Shown piece by piece: positions 40,704-49,969 of a stretch of 64,000 nt of DNA. The notes under the pieces are model-generated. The model was not told the origin of the DNA. It saw only the letters and a list, made by a program, of their open reading frames with translations, and searched no databases. How positions within the stretch are numbered: position 1 is the stretch's first letter; the number at the start of each line of letters is the position of its first letter. Both the position numbers and the translations under genes were made by a program. Origin of the DNA: Gemmatimonadales bacterium (lineage in GTDB: Bacteria > Gemmatimonadota > Gemmatimonadetes > Gemmatimonadales > GWC2-71-9); contig JBDIWC010000001.1 of the NCBI GenBank assembly GCA_039794085.1, forward strand, positions 64,001 to 128,000. The letters are read 5' to 3'.

Positions 40704-41698
40704 GGAGCGATGTCCCGCCCCGCCTGGTGCGACTGGTAGACCGCCTCCAGCACTCGCAGTACCGTGAGTTGCTCCTCGAGCGACGGGGCTTCCGCTTCGC
40801 CGGCGATGGCCGCGAGAAAGTGGGCCCACTGAGCCCGGAACGAACTGATGAAGAGGTTCTCCCGGCTCCCCGACCCGGTGGGAGAGACATCATGGGCGAC
40901 ACCGTGCATCTCCTTCCACACCTGGAGCGGGTTGATGCCGGCGGTTCCCTTGCTCCCCCGGATCCCCACCCCGAAGTGTTCGCCCTGCCCGATGTGCCGC
41001 CACGTCACATCGATGAAGATCGAGGGACCTCCCTGGCAGATCACCAGCGCATCCCCCGATTGTTCCACCAGACGTTCCCGCCCCGCCATGGCGAGGGCGG
41101 CGCTCACCCGGGCCGGCGTGGGATGGCCGGCCAACCAGAGACAGAGGTCGATCAGGGTGCTCCCCAGATCGAGCATCGCTCCCCCGCCCGAGAGTTCGGG
41201 TCGTTGCCGCCACCCCAGCTGGGCCCGGGCCGGACGCGCCACATGCCAGCTGGCCCGGACGCTGTCGATGGTACCGAGCTCCCCGCTGCTCGCGAAACTG
41301 TGGATGGTCTGAATGTCGGAACGGTACCGGTGATGCACGCCGACCATCACAAGACGATCGGAGCGCTCCGCGGCCTTGATCACCCGTCGGGCGCTGGCCG
41401 TGTTGATGGCGAGGGGTTTCTCCACCAGCACGTGAGCCCCCGCCGACAGCGCGGCCACGATGTGGGCCTCATGGAGATGGTTCGGGGTGCACACCACCAG
41501 CGCATCCAGGGGTGTGTTCCCGAGCATTTCCTCGAGATCATCGCTGACCGAGGGAATGCCATGTCGCTGGGCGAGGGCCCGAGCCTTTTGCAGATCGGAG
41601 TCGCAGATGCCGACGACCTCGATTCCCTTCAACCGTTTCATGACCGGGAGATGAGCCACCTGGACGATGGCCCCCGCCCCGACGATTCCAATACGCAT
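40700..41698 (-). CDS. Gfo/Idh/MocA oxidoreductase
   Basis: GIVGAG, TPNHLH, VEKP, GGGAMLDLG. Confidence 0.9.
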   Translation of the reverse strand: MRIGIVGAGAIVQVAHLPVMKRLKGIEVVGICDSDLQKARALAQRHGIPSVSDDLEEMLGNTPLDALVVCTPNHLHEAHIVAALSAGAHVLVEKPLAINTASARRVIKAAERSDRLVMVGVHHRYRSDIQTIHSFASSGELGTIDSVRASWHVARPARAQLGWRQRPELSGGGAMLDLGSTLIDLCLWLAGHPTPARVSAALAMAGRERLVEQSGDALVICQGGPSIFIDVTWRHIGQGEHFGVGIRGSKGTAGINPLQVWKEMHGVAHDVSPTGSGSRENLFISSFRAQWAHFLAAIAGEAEAPSLEEQLTVLRVLEAVYQSHQAGRDIAP

Positions 41699-41734
41699 GC
41701 CGCCCCCTCGGAAACTGGTCACCCGCCACCCGAC

Positions 41735-42967
41735 TCACCAGAGTCGTTGAACCACCGTGCCGGGAAAATAAGCCGACAGGATCTCACGGTACCCGACCCC
41801 GGCCCGGGCCCGGCCCACGGCACCCCACTGACAGAGACCGACCCCGTGCCCCGCCCCGCCACCTTCGGCCACCAGGGCCACCAGACGATCCCCCTGGCGG
41901 GTGGATTGGAGCCGGAACGCGGAACTCCTCAGCGCGCCGCCACCGACTGGCCGCAGCACCTGCCGAACGGAGCGTGCATCCACCTCCTCGGCCCCCCCCG
42001 CGAGCATGAACTGCAGCCGGGCCACCCGCCCCGATCCGGTCCGCTCCACCACCACGACGTCGCGCAGGTGTTCCGGGCGCACACGCGCTCCCCGTCCGTT
42101 GGGGAGCGTCTCCCTCAGGGTACCGGCGAGGGCCTCGCCCGTCCACGATTCCCTCCAGGTAAAGCGAGGTGAGATGACGCACCACGCCGTGCCGGACGGG
42201 TCCACGTCGGACTGCGAGGGAAGATAGGCGTGACCCGCCGCCCCGGGGAAAACCTCTCCCCCCGCTGCGGTGCGACCGCCGCAGGTGGAAGAGAAGAAGG
42301 CATCGATCACCGCGCCCGCGAACATCAGCACCTCACCGCGGGTGCTCGCCACCGCACGGCGTCCCTGATCGAGTTCCGCCCCCACCCCCCCGTAGGCCTG
42401 GTCCTGCACCGTCGCCACCACATCATACCCCCGTACTCGGCTCCGGCCGAGGGCACGCACCGCCACGGTTCGGGACACGACGGCCTGGGCAGTGAGGGCG
42501 GCCTCCTCCCTGGTGCCGCGGCGTCCCATTTCCGCATTCACAACGCCGGCCAGGTACGAGTCGATGTCCATCGCATTGACCACCGTCACGCCTCGGGCCC
42601 CCGGCAACACGGTGATCACCCCTCGATAGTCCCTCCCGTTCACCCGCACCAGCTCTTCCCCCTCGTCGGGAAGCACCGTGGGGTGCCCCACAGCCACCCG
42701 GCCTCCGTTCGGGGGCAGGAGAATCGTATTCCCGTCCCCCGCCTCCAATCGCACCGCGCGCCCGGCCGGGATCCGAAGAACCACCCGTCCGTCGGGTTCC
42801 CGAACGACGAGGGCTCCTCCGCCACCCACCTCGGCACTCCGGACATCCACCGCGAGCCCGACCCGGATCGTGGGGACAGTGGGCGCCGCGGGAACCTCGC
42901 CCATTTCAATCCGGGCACAGGAACCGGCCAGCACACTCAGGAGGAGCACACCGACCGGGTGTCGCAC
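41735..42967 (-). CDS. SpoIID/LytB domain lipoprotein
   Basis: Lipobox LAGSC, YRG, YLAGVVNAEM, AQAVVSRT, GHGVGLCQWGA. Confidence 0.88.
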   Translation of the reverse strand: MRHPVGVLLLSVLAGSCARIEMGEVPAAPTVPTIRVGLAVDVRSAEVGGGGALVVREPDGRVVLRIPAGRAVRLEAGDGNTILLPPNGGRVAVGHPTVLPDEGEELVRVNGRDYRGVITVLPGARGVTVVNAMDIDSYLAGVVNAEMGRRGTREEAALTAQAVVSRTVAVRALGRSRVRGYDVVATVQDQAYGGVGAELDQGRRAVASTRGEVLMFAGAVIDAFFSSTCGGRTAAGGEVFPGAAGHAYLPSQSDVDPSGTAWCVISPRFTWRESWTGEALAGTLRETLPNGRGARVRPEHLRDVVVVERTGSGRVARLQFMLAGGAEEVDARSVRQVLRPVGGGALRSSAFRLQSTRQGDRLVALVAEGGGAGHGVGLCQWGAVGRARAGVGYREILSAYFPGTVVQRLW

Positions 42968-42968
42968 C

Positions 42969-43472
42969 CTAACCGCGGTAATTGCCGAACTGGAGCTCAA
43001 TGCCGAAGTCCTCCCCCCGGAGGAAGGCGATGACGGACTGCAGCTCATCCCGGGACGGAGCGGTGACCCGAACTTCATCGCCCTGGATGGCGGCCTGGAC
43101 CTTCCGGAAACCCTGGTCCTTGATCGCGCGCACGATCTTCTTGGCGGTGTCAACGGGGATTCCCTGGGTCAGGGTTCCGGTCTGTCGCACGGACTGTCCC
43201 GCCGCCGGCTCCACGTCGCCCAGCACGAGGTTGCGGATCGGGACGCCGCGCTTGATGAGCCGGGATTGCAGCACATCCACGAGGGCGGTCAGGCGGTAGC
43301 TGTCGTCCGCCTCGAGCCGGATCGTGGCCTGGGCTCGATCAAAGTGAATGGAGCAGGCGGTGCCCTTGAAATCGTAGCGTTGCCCGATCTCTTTCATCGC
43401 CTGATTGACGGCGTTGTCGACCTCCTGGAGGTCGGCGCCGGTCGAGATGTCGAAGGAGGAGGGAGTGGCCAT
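42969..43472 (-). CDS. yajQ: YajQ family nucleotide/c-di-GMP-binding protein
   Basis: SFDIS, EVDNAVNQA, RYDFKG, IQGDEVRV, LQFGNYR. Confidence 0.95.
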   Translation of the reverse strand: MATPSSFDISTGADLQEVDNAVNQAMKEIGQRYDFKGTACSIHFDRAQATIRLEADDSYRLTALVDVLQSRLIKRGVPIRNLVLGDVEPAAGQSVRQTGTLTQGIPVDTAKKIVRAIKDQGFRKVQAAIQGDEVRVTAPSRDELQSVIAFLRGEDFGIELQFGNYRG

Positions 43473-43495
43473 GCCACCAGAGTAACGACGGACCC

Positions 43496-44365
43496 CTAGG
43501 AGAGGAAGCTCTCCAGGGACTTGGCCCGGCTCACGTGCCGGAGGCGGTTCAGAGCCTTGTCCTTCACCTGGCGCACCCGCTCCCGCGTGATGCCGAGAAA
43601 CCCCCCGATCTCCTCGAGGGTCATCGGTTCGGCACCGTCGATCCCGAAGTACAGCCGCAGCACCGTCGCTTCACGTTCCTTCAGCGTGGTGAGCACCTCC
43701 ATGATCGACTGGGTCAGCGCGTGTTCGAAGGTCTCCGCGTCACTCCCGGCCCCCTGCGGATCGGGAAGGTAGTCCACCAGGCGATTGTTCTCTCCCGGGG
43801 TCATCGGGGCATCGAGAGAGAGGTGGCTCTGGCTGATGGAGAGGGTTTTCTGCACTTCCTCGATCTCGATGTCCATCCCCTCGGCGATTTCCGCCGGGGT
43901 GGGTTCGCGTCCGAGCTCCTGCAGCAGGGCCGCCGAGCGCCGGGAGATCCGATGCAAGGTCCCGGCCCGGTTCAAGGGGACTCGCACGATGCGACTCTGC
44001 TCCGCCAGTGCCTGCAGGATCGCCTGGCGGATCCACCAGACGGCATAGCTGATAAACTTGATGTTCTTGGTTTCGTCGAACTTGTGGGCCGCCCGGATCA
44101 ATCCCAGGTTCCCCTCGTTGATCAGGTCCGAAAGAGACACACCCTGGTTCTGGTACTTCTTGGCCACCGACACGACAAAACGGAGATTGCTGCGGACCAG
44201 GGTGTCCAGCGCCTCATCGTCCCCGGTCCGGATGCGCTGGGCCAGGGCGACTTCCTCCGACTGCGGAATCAGCGGATACTTGCTGATCTCCTGCAGGTAC
44301 TGGTCAAGGGAACCGTCATCAGAGACGATGCCGGTTCGAGACTTCCCCACGTGAATGGGTCGCAT
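43496..44365 (-). CDS. Sigma-70 family factor (RpoD-like regions 1.2-4, no region 1.1)
   Basis: NLRFVVSVAKKY, DLINEGNLGL, KFISYAVWWIRQ, TLEEIG..TRERVRQ; 289 aa. Confidence 0.93.
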   Translation of the reverse strand: MRPIHVGKSRTGIVSDDGSLDQYLQEISKYPLIPQSEEVALAQRIRTGDDEALDTLVRSNLRFVVSVAKKYQNQGVSLSDLINEGNLGLIRAAHKFDETKNIKFISYAVWWIRQAILQALAEQSRIVRVPLNRAGTLHRISRRSAALLQELGREPTPAEIAEGMDIEIEEVQKTLSISQSHLSLDAPMTPGENNRLVDYLPDPQGAGSDAETFEHALTQSIMEVLTTLKEREATVLRLYFGIDGAEPMTLEEIGGFLGITRERVRQVKDKALNRLRHVSRAKSLESFLS

Positions 44366-44475
44366 CGCTCGGACACCTCACAAGGCAGAAGCGGAGCTGG
44401 CAGATCCGGCCGCCGGGGCGGGACGACCGTTGCTCAAACCTTACCGAAACATCCCCGGCGGGGCAACCACCCCGC

Positions 44476-45963
44476 TCAATCGTAATTGTCGATCTGGGCC
44501 CGCTGCAAAGATCCCGAATAGTCGACGTATCCCACTTTCGTCTCGGAATAGAAATCGAACACTTCCCAGCCACCCTCCCGGTGCCCGTTCCCCGTTTCCT
44601 TGACGCCGCCAAAGGGAAGATGTGCCTCCGCCCCAATGGTCGGCGCATTCACGTATGTGATGCCGGTGTCGAGATCCTCCAGGGCCCGAAAGGCCAGGTT
44701 CACATCGCGGGTATAGATCGAACTGGACAGCCCGTACTTCACGCTGTTGGTGATCCGCACCGCGTCGGCGAAGGTGGTGAAGCGCAGCACGCTCAGGACC
44801 GGACCGAAGATTTCCTCTCGGGCCACCCGGTGGGTGGGACGCACACCCGCCAGGATGGTGGGACGGTGAAAGAACCCGTGTCGAAGTCGTGCCCCGCCGG
44901 GCCGCTTCCCGCCGAGAACACATTCCGCTCCCTCCTCGATCCCCCACGCAACATAACGCTCCACCTTTTCCCGGGCTGCCGCATGAATGAGGGGCCCCAC
45001 CTGGGTTCGTGGCTGCCGCCCGTCACCCAGGACCAGGGAACCTGCCGCATCCACCAGGCGCCGGAGAAACCGGTCATGCACCGTGCGATGCAGGAGAAGG
45101 CGGCTCGTGGCCGTACACCGCTGGCCCGTGGTGCCGAATGCTCCCCAGAGAACCCCATCGAGCGCCAGATCGAGATCGGCGTCCTCCATCACGATCATGG
45201 CGTTCTTTCCACCCATCTCCAGACTCAGACGCTTGTGCATCCGGCCACACGTCTCCCCGATGACGGCCCCCGTGGTGGTGGATCCGGTGAAGCTGATCAC
45301 CGGCACCGCGGGATTCTCCACCAGGGCCTGCCCGGCCGCGGACCCTCCATGGACCAGTTGGATGACCTCCGGCGGGAGCCCCGCCTCGAGAAGGATCTCC
45401 ACCAGCAAATGCGAGGTGTGCGGCACATCCTCCGAGGGTTTGAGAATGACGGCATTTCCGCACAGAAGGGCGGGGAACATCTTCCACGTCGGGATCGCCA
45501 TCGGGAAATTGAACGGAGTGATGAGACCGGCCACACCGATGGGACGCCGCCACGTCATGGCCCATTTCGACCGAAGCTCGCTCGGCACGGTGTGTCCGAA
45601 CAGGCGTCGGCCTTCGGTCGCCGCGTAGTAGGCCGTGTCGATCGCCTCCTGCACATCACCCCGGGTTTCCGCCAGCACCTTTCCCATCTCCCGAGTCATG
45701 GCCTCGGCGATCGACTCCTTCCGGGCCGTCAGCAGGTCCCCCACCCGGCGGAGAACGTCTCCGCGCGCGGGCGCCGGTGTCCGGGACCAGAGGGCAAATC
45801 CCCGTTGCGCGGCACGCACCGCGCGGGCCACGTCCTGCGGGCCCGAATCGGGGAATCGCCCGATCAGATCCCGGGTGTCGGCGGGATTGCGGTTTTCGAA
45901 GGTCGCGCCACTGGCGGCCGGTTCCCAGGCGCCGTCGATGAAGTTGTGATAGGTCTTTGCCAT
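44476..45963 (-). CDS. NAD(P)-dependent aldehyde dehydrogenase
   Basis: ITPFNFP, FTGS, LEMGGKN, GQRCTA, EEIFGP. Confidence 0.93.
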   Translation of the reverse strand: MAKTYHNFIDGAWEPAASGATFENRNPADTRDLIGRFPDSGPQDVARAVRAAQRGFALWSRTPAPARGDVLRRVGDLLTARKESIAEAMTREMGKVLAETRGDVQEAIDTAYYAATEGRRLFGHTVPSELRSKWAMTWRRPIGVAGLITPFNFPMAIPTWKMFPALLCGNAVILKPSEDVPHTSHLLVEILLEAGLPPEVIQLVHGGSAAGQALVENPAVPVISFTGSTTTGAVIGETCGRMHKRLSLEMGGKNAMIVMEDADLDLALDGVLWGAFGTTGQRCTATSRLLLHRTVHDRFLRRLVDAAGSLVLGDGRQPRTQVGPLIHAAAREKVERYVAWGIEEGAECVLGGKRPGGARLRHGFFHRPTILAGVRPTHRVAREEIFGPVLSVLRFTTFADAVRITNSVKYGLSSSIYTRDVNLAFRALEDLDTGITYVNAPTIGAEAHLPFGGVKETGNGHREGGWEVFDFYSETKVGYVDYSGSLQRAQIDNYD

Positions 45964-46007
45964 GCGTCGGTCAGCCGGGGTGGGGGAAAGAATGGGTCGC
46001 GTTGCGC

Positions 46008-46036
46008 AATCTACGGAAAGTCCGAGTAATTGTCAC
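46008..46036 (-). promoter_or_regulatory. Putative promoter for the aldehyde dehydrogenase gene
   Basis: Minus strand GTGACA-17 nt-TAGATT. Confidence 0.5.
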
Positions 46037-46235
46037 CGCTCTCCCTTCCCCACTCGGCGCAGAGAAACCACGGACACCCTCAATGGATCGGCGAGGGGTG
46101 CTGGAACCACTCGGGTACGAGTACGTGTACGGGGGAACACGGCCGTCCTTCAGGACCCGTCGTCGCAGGCACCGATCCCGGGCTTCAGCCCGGGGAGGCC
46201 CGGGGATGTCGGAGCGAGAGAGGAAAGGAATGACA
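46031..46235 (-). ncRNA. Candidate structured non-coding RNA, family unassigned
   Basis: Nested long-range helices (46031-46056/46215-46235, 46073-46079/46204-46210, 46085-46091/46172-46178) plus local hairpins; several mismatches are G-U only on the minus strand. Confidence 0.55.
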
Positions 46236-46240
46236 CCCGG

Positions 46241-46690
46241 TCAGGAGCAGAACCAGGATGCCGCCTCGCGAGCGTAACCGATCCGCGGCAGGATCAGGAG
46301 CAGAGCCAGGATCACCCCCGTGAGCAGGGTCACGAGAGAGGCCACATGCGCCGCCCCGATCCGGCGACGCCACGACACCACCGCGCTCCAGACCCCGGCC
46401 ACCATCACCATGCCGATGGCCCCGGCGTGAATCATCAGCGGGAACCCACAGGGAGACGCGAAGGGCCACTGCACGACCGAGATGGCGAGCGCCACTCCGA
46501 AGGCCGTGCGGGCCCAGGTGCCCAGAACCTCCTTCCGGGTCACCCCCCTCCGTTCCGGACCTGCCGCCAAAGCAGGCTTCCCGACCGGCCGGGATCCCGG
46601 CTTCGGGGGGACGGGTCGGGAGCCTCCCGGCTTCTCGATCAGACGGTCAATGTCCGCCAGTTCCTTGTCCCAGTCTCTCGGCTCTGCCAT
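46241..46690 (-). CDS. Hypothetical membrane protein
   Basis: DWDKELADID N-terminus, about 3 TM segments, 2 nt after the upstream stop. Confidence 0.75.
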   Translation of the reverse strand: MAEPRDWDKELADIDRLIEKPGGSRPVPPKPGSRPVGKPALAAGPERRGVTRKEVLGTWARTAFGVALAISVVQWPFASPCGFPLMIHAGAIGMVMVAGVWSAVVSWRRRIGAAHVASLVTLLTGVILALLLILPRIGYAREAASWFCS

Positions 46691-46692
46691 CC

Positions 46693-48084
46693 CTACTCCC
46701 GGGTCAGTCTGTAGCGCTCGATCTTCTTGTAGAGATTCGAGCGGGGCATGTCCAGTGCCCGCGCCGTTTCCGCCACGTTCCAGTCGTGCTCCCTCAGTTT
46801 CGACACCAGGTACGCCCGTTCCGCCTGTTGCTTGAACTCGTCAAATGTCGCCACTTCCAGAAGGGCGTCATTCCTCCTCCCACCCCCGCTCCCTGCCCCA
46901 CCCTCAGAGACCCCGGATCCTTCCGGCAGGAGACGTTGCACATCCGCCGCGGTGATGACCTGGTCGGGCGCCAGGATCAGGAGGCGCTCCACGGCGTTCC
47001 GGAGCTCGCGGACGTTGCCGGGCCAGAGCCGTTGGCGCAAATCGGCGATGGCCTCGGGCGCGAAGCGGCGTTCGCGGGCGCCCAACGCCACCAGCTGGGT
47101 GCGGAAGTGCTCCACGAGGAGGGGGATGTCCTCGCGCCGGGCCCGGAGCGGTGGCACTTCGATCGGGACCACGTTGAGTCGGTAGTAGAGATCCTCCCGG
47201 AAGCGACCCTCCGTGATCTCGGTCTCGATGTGCTTGTTGGTGGCGGCGAGGACACGCACGTCCACCCGGATCGGCTGGCTTCCCCCGATGCGGGTCACCA
47301 GTCCCTCCTGCAGGACCCGGAGCACCTTGGCCTGGGCGGCGAGGGACATGTCCCCCACCTCGTCGAGAAAGAGCGTCCCTCCATTCGCCAGTTCAAATTT
47401 CCCGGCATGGTCAGTCACCGCACCGGTGAAACTCCCCTTGACGTGCCCGAACAGCTCGCTCTCGATGAGTTCCGAGGGAATGGCTGCGCAGTTGACCTCG
47501 ATGAACGGTGCGGCCGCCCGGGGGGAGGCATCGTGGAGCCCCTGCGCCACCAGTTCCTTCCCGCTCCCGTTCTCGCCGGTGATAAGGACCCGGGCCGGCG
47601 TCGGACCTACCCGGGCAATCACATCCAGGAGAACGCGAATGGCCTCGCTCTGGCCCACGATCCGCTGCGACCCGCGAACCTCCTCCCGCAGTCGGGCATT
47701 CTCGGTGGCCAGCGCCGCCTGGGCCACCGCGTTTCGCACCGTCACCAGCACGCGATCCGCATCCAGCGGCTTCTCGAGAAAATCGAAGGCCCCTTCCCGT
47801 GCGGCCCTCACCGCGGTGGCGATGGTGCCATGACCGGAAATCATGATCACCCGTGCCGTGGGATCGAGTTGGCGCACGCGGCCCAGGGTGTCGAGACCAT
47901 CCAGTCCCGCCATCTTCACATCGAGCAGGACGACATCGGGGCGCAGCGTGGGATAATCGGTCAGGGCCTCTCCGCCCGAACCCGCCACATGCACCTCAAA
48001 GCCCTCGTACTCCAGGACCTGACGCACGGCCTCCCGGATGCCCGGCTCATCATCAACCACCAGAACGCGCGGCCTGGTGCTCAT
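46693..48084 (-). CDS. REC-AAA+-Fis response regulator (NtrC/NtrX-like)
   Basis: VVDDE, LLDVKM, GENGSGKE, ESELFGH, GSFTGA, FREDLYYRL, HTH. Confidence 0.92.
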   Translation of the reverse strand: MSTRPRVLVVDDEPGIREAVRQVLEYEGFEVHVAGSGGEALTDYPTLRPDVVLLDVKMAGLDGLDTLGRVRQLDPTARVIMISGHGTIATAVRAAREGAFDFLEKPLDADRVLVTVRNAVAQAALATENARLREEVRGSQRIVGQSEAIRVLLDVIARVGPTPARVLITGENGSGKELVAQGLHDASPRAAAPFIEVNCAAIPSELIESELFGHVKGSFTGAVTDHAGKFELANGGTLFLDEVGDMSLAAQAKVLRVLQEGLVTRIGGSQPIRVDVRVLAATNKHIETEITEGRFREDLYYRLNVVPIEVPPLRARREDIPLLVEHFRTQLVALGARERRFAPEAIADLRQRLWPGNVRELRNAVERLLILAPDQVITAADVQRLLPEGSGVSEGGAGSGGGRRNDALLEVATFDEFKQQAERAYLVSKLREHDWNVAETARALDMPRSNLYKKIERYRLTRE

Positions 48085-48641
48085 CCGGTCAACATCACTT
48101 CGCTGCGCGCGACGTAGGAGGGAGCATGATTCCCGGTGGGGAGGACACTCTCGAAGAGCACAACCCGATCCGCGCGCACCGCCGGAATCGGGGTGATCCC
48201 CTCGAGGTACTCGCGCGCGCCGGCGGGAAGCCGGTGCCCCTCCCGTACACGACCAAGGGTGATGTGCGGCTGGAAGGGGCGTCCTTCGGGAGGAAACCCG
48301 ATCCGTTCCCCCCCCCTCTCGATGCGCTCCTGCAGCACTTCGAGTCCCGACTCGTGCACCAGATCGAGATGCAGAACCCGGGGGCGCACCAGATCCGGAA
48401 ACCCGCCGGCCCCCCGCACGCCGAGGGTGAACGGAGCCACTCCTGCAGCCGCAAACCCCACCATTTCAGCGATCGTTCCACAGCGCGCCGGAAGGACCTC
48501 GCCGAAGAACTTGAGCGTGACGTGCAAACCATCGGAACCGATCCACCGTACCGGCCACCCCAACGACACCAGGCGATCGAGAACCGTTCGCACCTCACCG
48601 GCGGCGGGTTCGGGAATGGGGACCGCGGCAAAGAGGCGCAT
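48081..48641 (-). CDS. thpR: RNA 2',3'-cyclic phosphodiesterase (2H family)
   Basis: MRLFAA, HVTLKF, PHITLGR. Confidence 0.92.
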   Translation of the reverse strand: MRLFAAVPIPEPAAGEVRTVLDRLVSLGWPVRWIGSDGLHVTLKFFGEVLPARCGTIAEMVGFAAAGVAPFTLGVRGAGGFPDLVRPRVLHLDLVHESGLEVLQERIERGGERIGFPPEGRPFQPHITLGRVREGHRLPAGAREYLEGITPIPAVRADRVVLFESVLPTGNHAPSYVARSEVMLTG

Positions 48642-48645
48642 CCAG

Positions 48646-49461
48646 TCACCCCACCCGCTGCAGAACCGGCAGGAGTGCTCCCCGCCGATATCCCCCCGGG
48701 TCCCTGATCACCGTCCGGAAGCCGAGATCCCCAAACGCCGTCACGATTCGGGACCAGGCCCCATCCACCGCATCGAACTCCCGGGGAGAGACCTCGATCC
48801 GTGCCGAAAGGCCGAGGTGGCGCACCCGGAGGTCACCCGCGATCCCCACCCGGTCGCGGAGGAATGCCTCGGCCCTCTCGACTTGCCGCAGCCGCTCGAC
48901 TGTCACGGGAAGCCCGTATTGCACCCGGCTCGCCAGGCAGGGCGCCGCGGGAGCGTCCCAGATCGGCAACCCGAGGCGGCGAGCCTCGGCTCGCACCATC
49001 GCCTTGGTCCACCCCAGATCGGCCAGGGGGCTCCGCACCCCGGCTTCCCGTCCCGCCTGCGTGCCCGGTCGGTGCTCCCCCGGCGCCAGATCCCCGGCGT
49101 GAGTCCCGTCCAGGACCCACGAATAGTTGCCCGCCACTCGGACGCGGTCGAGATGACGCCAGAGTGTGCGCTTGCAGAAGTAGCAACGATTCTCGGGATT
49201 GGACGCATAGCCTGGATCGTCGAGCTCATCGGTGGGGAGAGTCCGCAGCGGGAACCCGAACTGCGCAGCCACCTCCCGGGCCTGGGCGGTCTGCACCTCC
49301 GGCACCGCGGCGGAGAGTCCGAGCACCGCCACCATGTCGTCGGGCCCGAGCACCCGGTGGGCCACCACCGCGAGGAGAGCGCTGTCCACACCCCCCGAAT
49401 AGCCGACCACGACCCGCCCATACCGGCGCAGCACCTGTTCGAGAAGGGGCACGGCATCCAT
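48646..49461 (-). CDS. larE: LarE-family ATP-dependent sulfur transferase
   Basis: PP-loop YSGGVDS, RCYFCK, HRPG, PCLASR, RVRH. Confidence 0.88.
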   Translation of the reverse strand: MDAVPLLEQVLRRYGRVVVGYSGGVDSALLAVVAHRVLGPDDMVAVLGLSAAVPEVQTAQAREVAAQFGFPLRTLPTDELDDPGYASNPENRCYFCKRTLWRHLDRVRVAGNYSWVLDGTHAGDLAPGEHRPGTQAGREAGVRSPLADLGWTKAMVRAEARRLGLPIWDAPAAPCLASRVQYGLPVTVERLRQVERAEAFLRDRVGIAGDLRVRHLGLSARIEVSPREFDAVDGAWSRIVTAFGDLGFRTVIRDPGGYRRGALLPVLQRVG

Positions 49462-49537
49462 GGACCAAACGTAACGCGGTTCACCGGCAACCGAAACGCC
49501 GGTTGACCCGGCCCCGCCTTCGCGACGAGGTTCCTCC

Positions 49538-49969
49538 ATGGATCATTCCGGCCAGGTCACCCTCGGTCCCGGTGTGCGGGTGGATCCCGACGAGTTGCGC
49601 TATGCCGCCACCCGCGCCGGGGGACCCGGAGGGCAGCATGTGAATCGCAGTGCCACCCGGATCGAACTGGTCTGGTCGGTGGCCGACAGCCCATCCCTCT
49701 CCCCCGGCACGCGGGACCTCCTGCTCGCCCGGCTCGACCCCCGGCTCGACGGCAGCGGCGCGGTCCGGATCGTGTCCGCGGACACTCGCAGCCAGTACCG
49801 GAACCGCCGCATCGCCCTCGATCGGCTCAAGGCCCTCGTGCGGGACGCCCTCGACATTCCCAGGCCCCGCAAGGCCACCCGTCCCACGCGCGCCTCCATC
49901 GAGCGACGCCTCGCCGAGAAGCAGCACCGTGCGGAGCGGAAGCGGGACAGGAGAGATCCCGAGTGGTGA
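49538..49969 (+). CDS. arfB: Alternative ribosome rescue factor B
   Basis: GGPGGQHVN, RSQYRNR, basic tail RKATRPT. Confidence 0.93.
   Translation: MDHSGQVTLGPGVRVDPDELRYAATRAGGPGGQHVNRSATRIELVWSVADSPSLSPGTRDLLLARLDPRLDGSGAVRIVSADTRSQYRNRRIALDRLKALVRDALDIPRPRKATRPTRASIERRLAEKQHRAERKRDRRDPEW

Noticed and set aside
46015..46024. GGAAAGTCCG resembling the RNase P RNA P4 motif
   Set aside because: The complementary 3' P4 motif is absent and the intergenic space is short for RNase P RNA
46030..46233. 67-aa ORF over the structured element
   Set aside because: TTG start without RBS, no motif; the pairing pattern explains the region better
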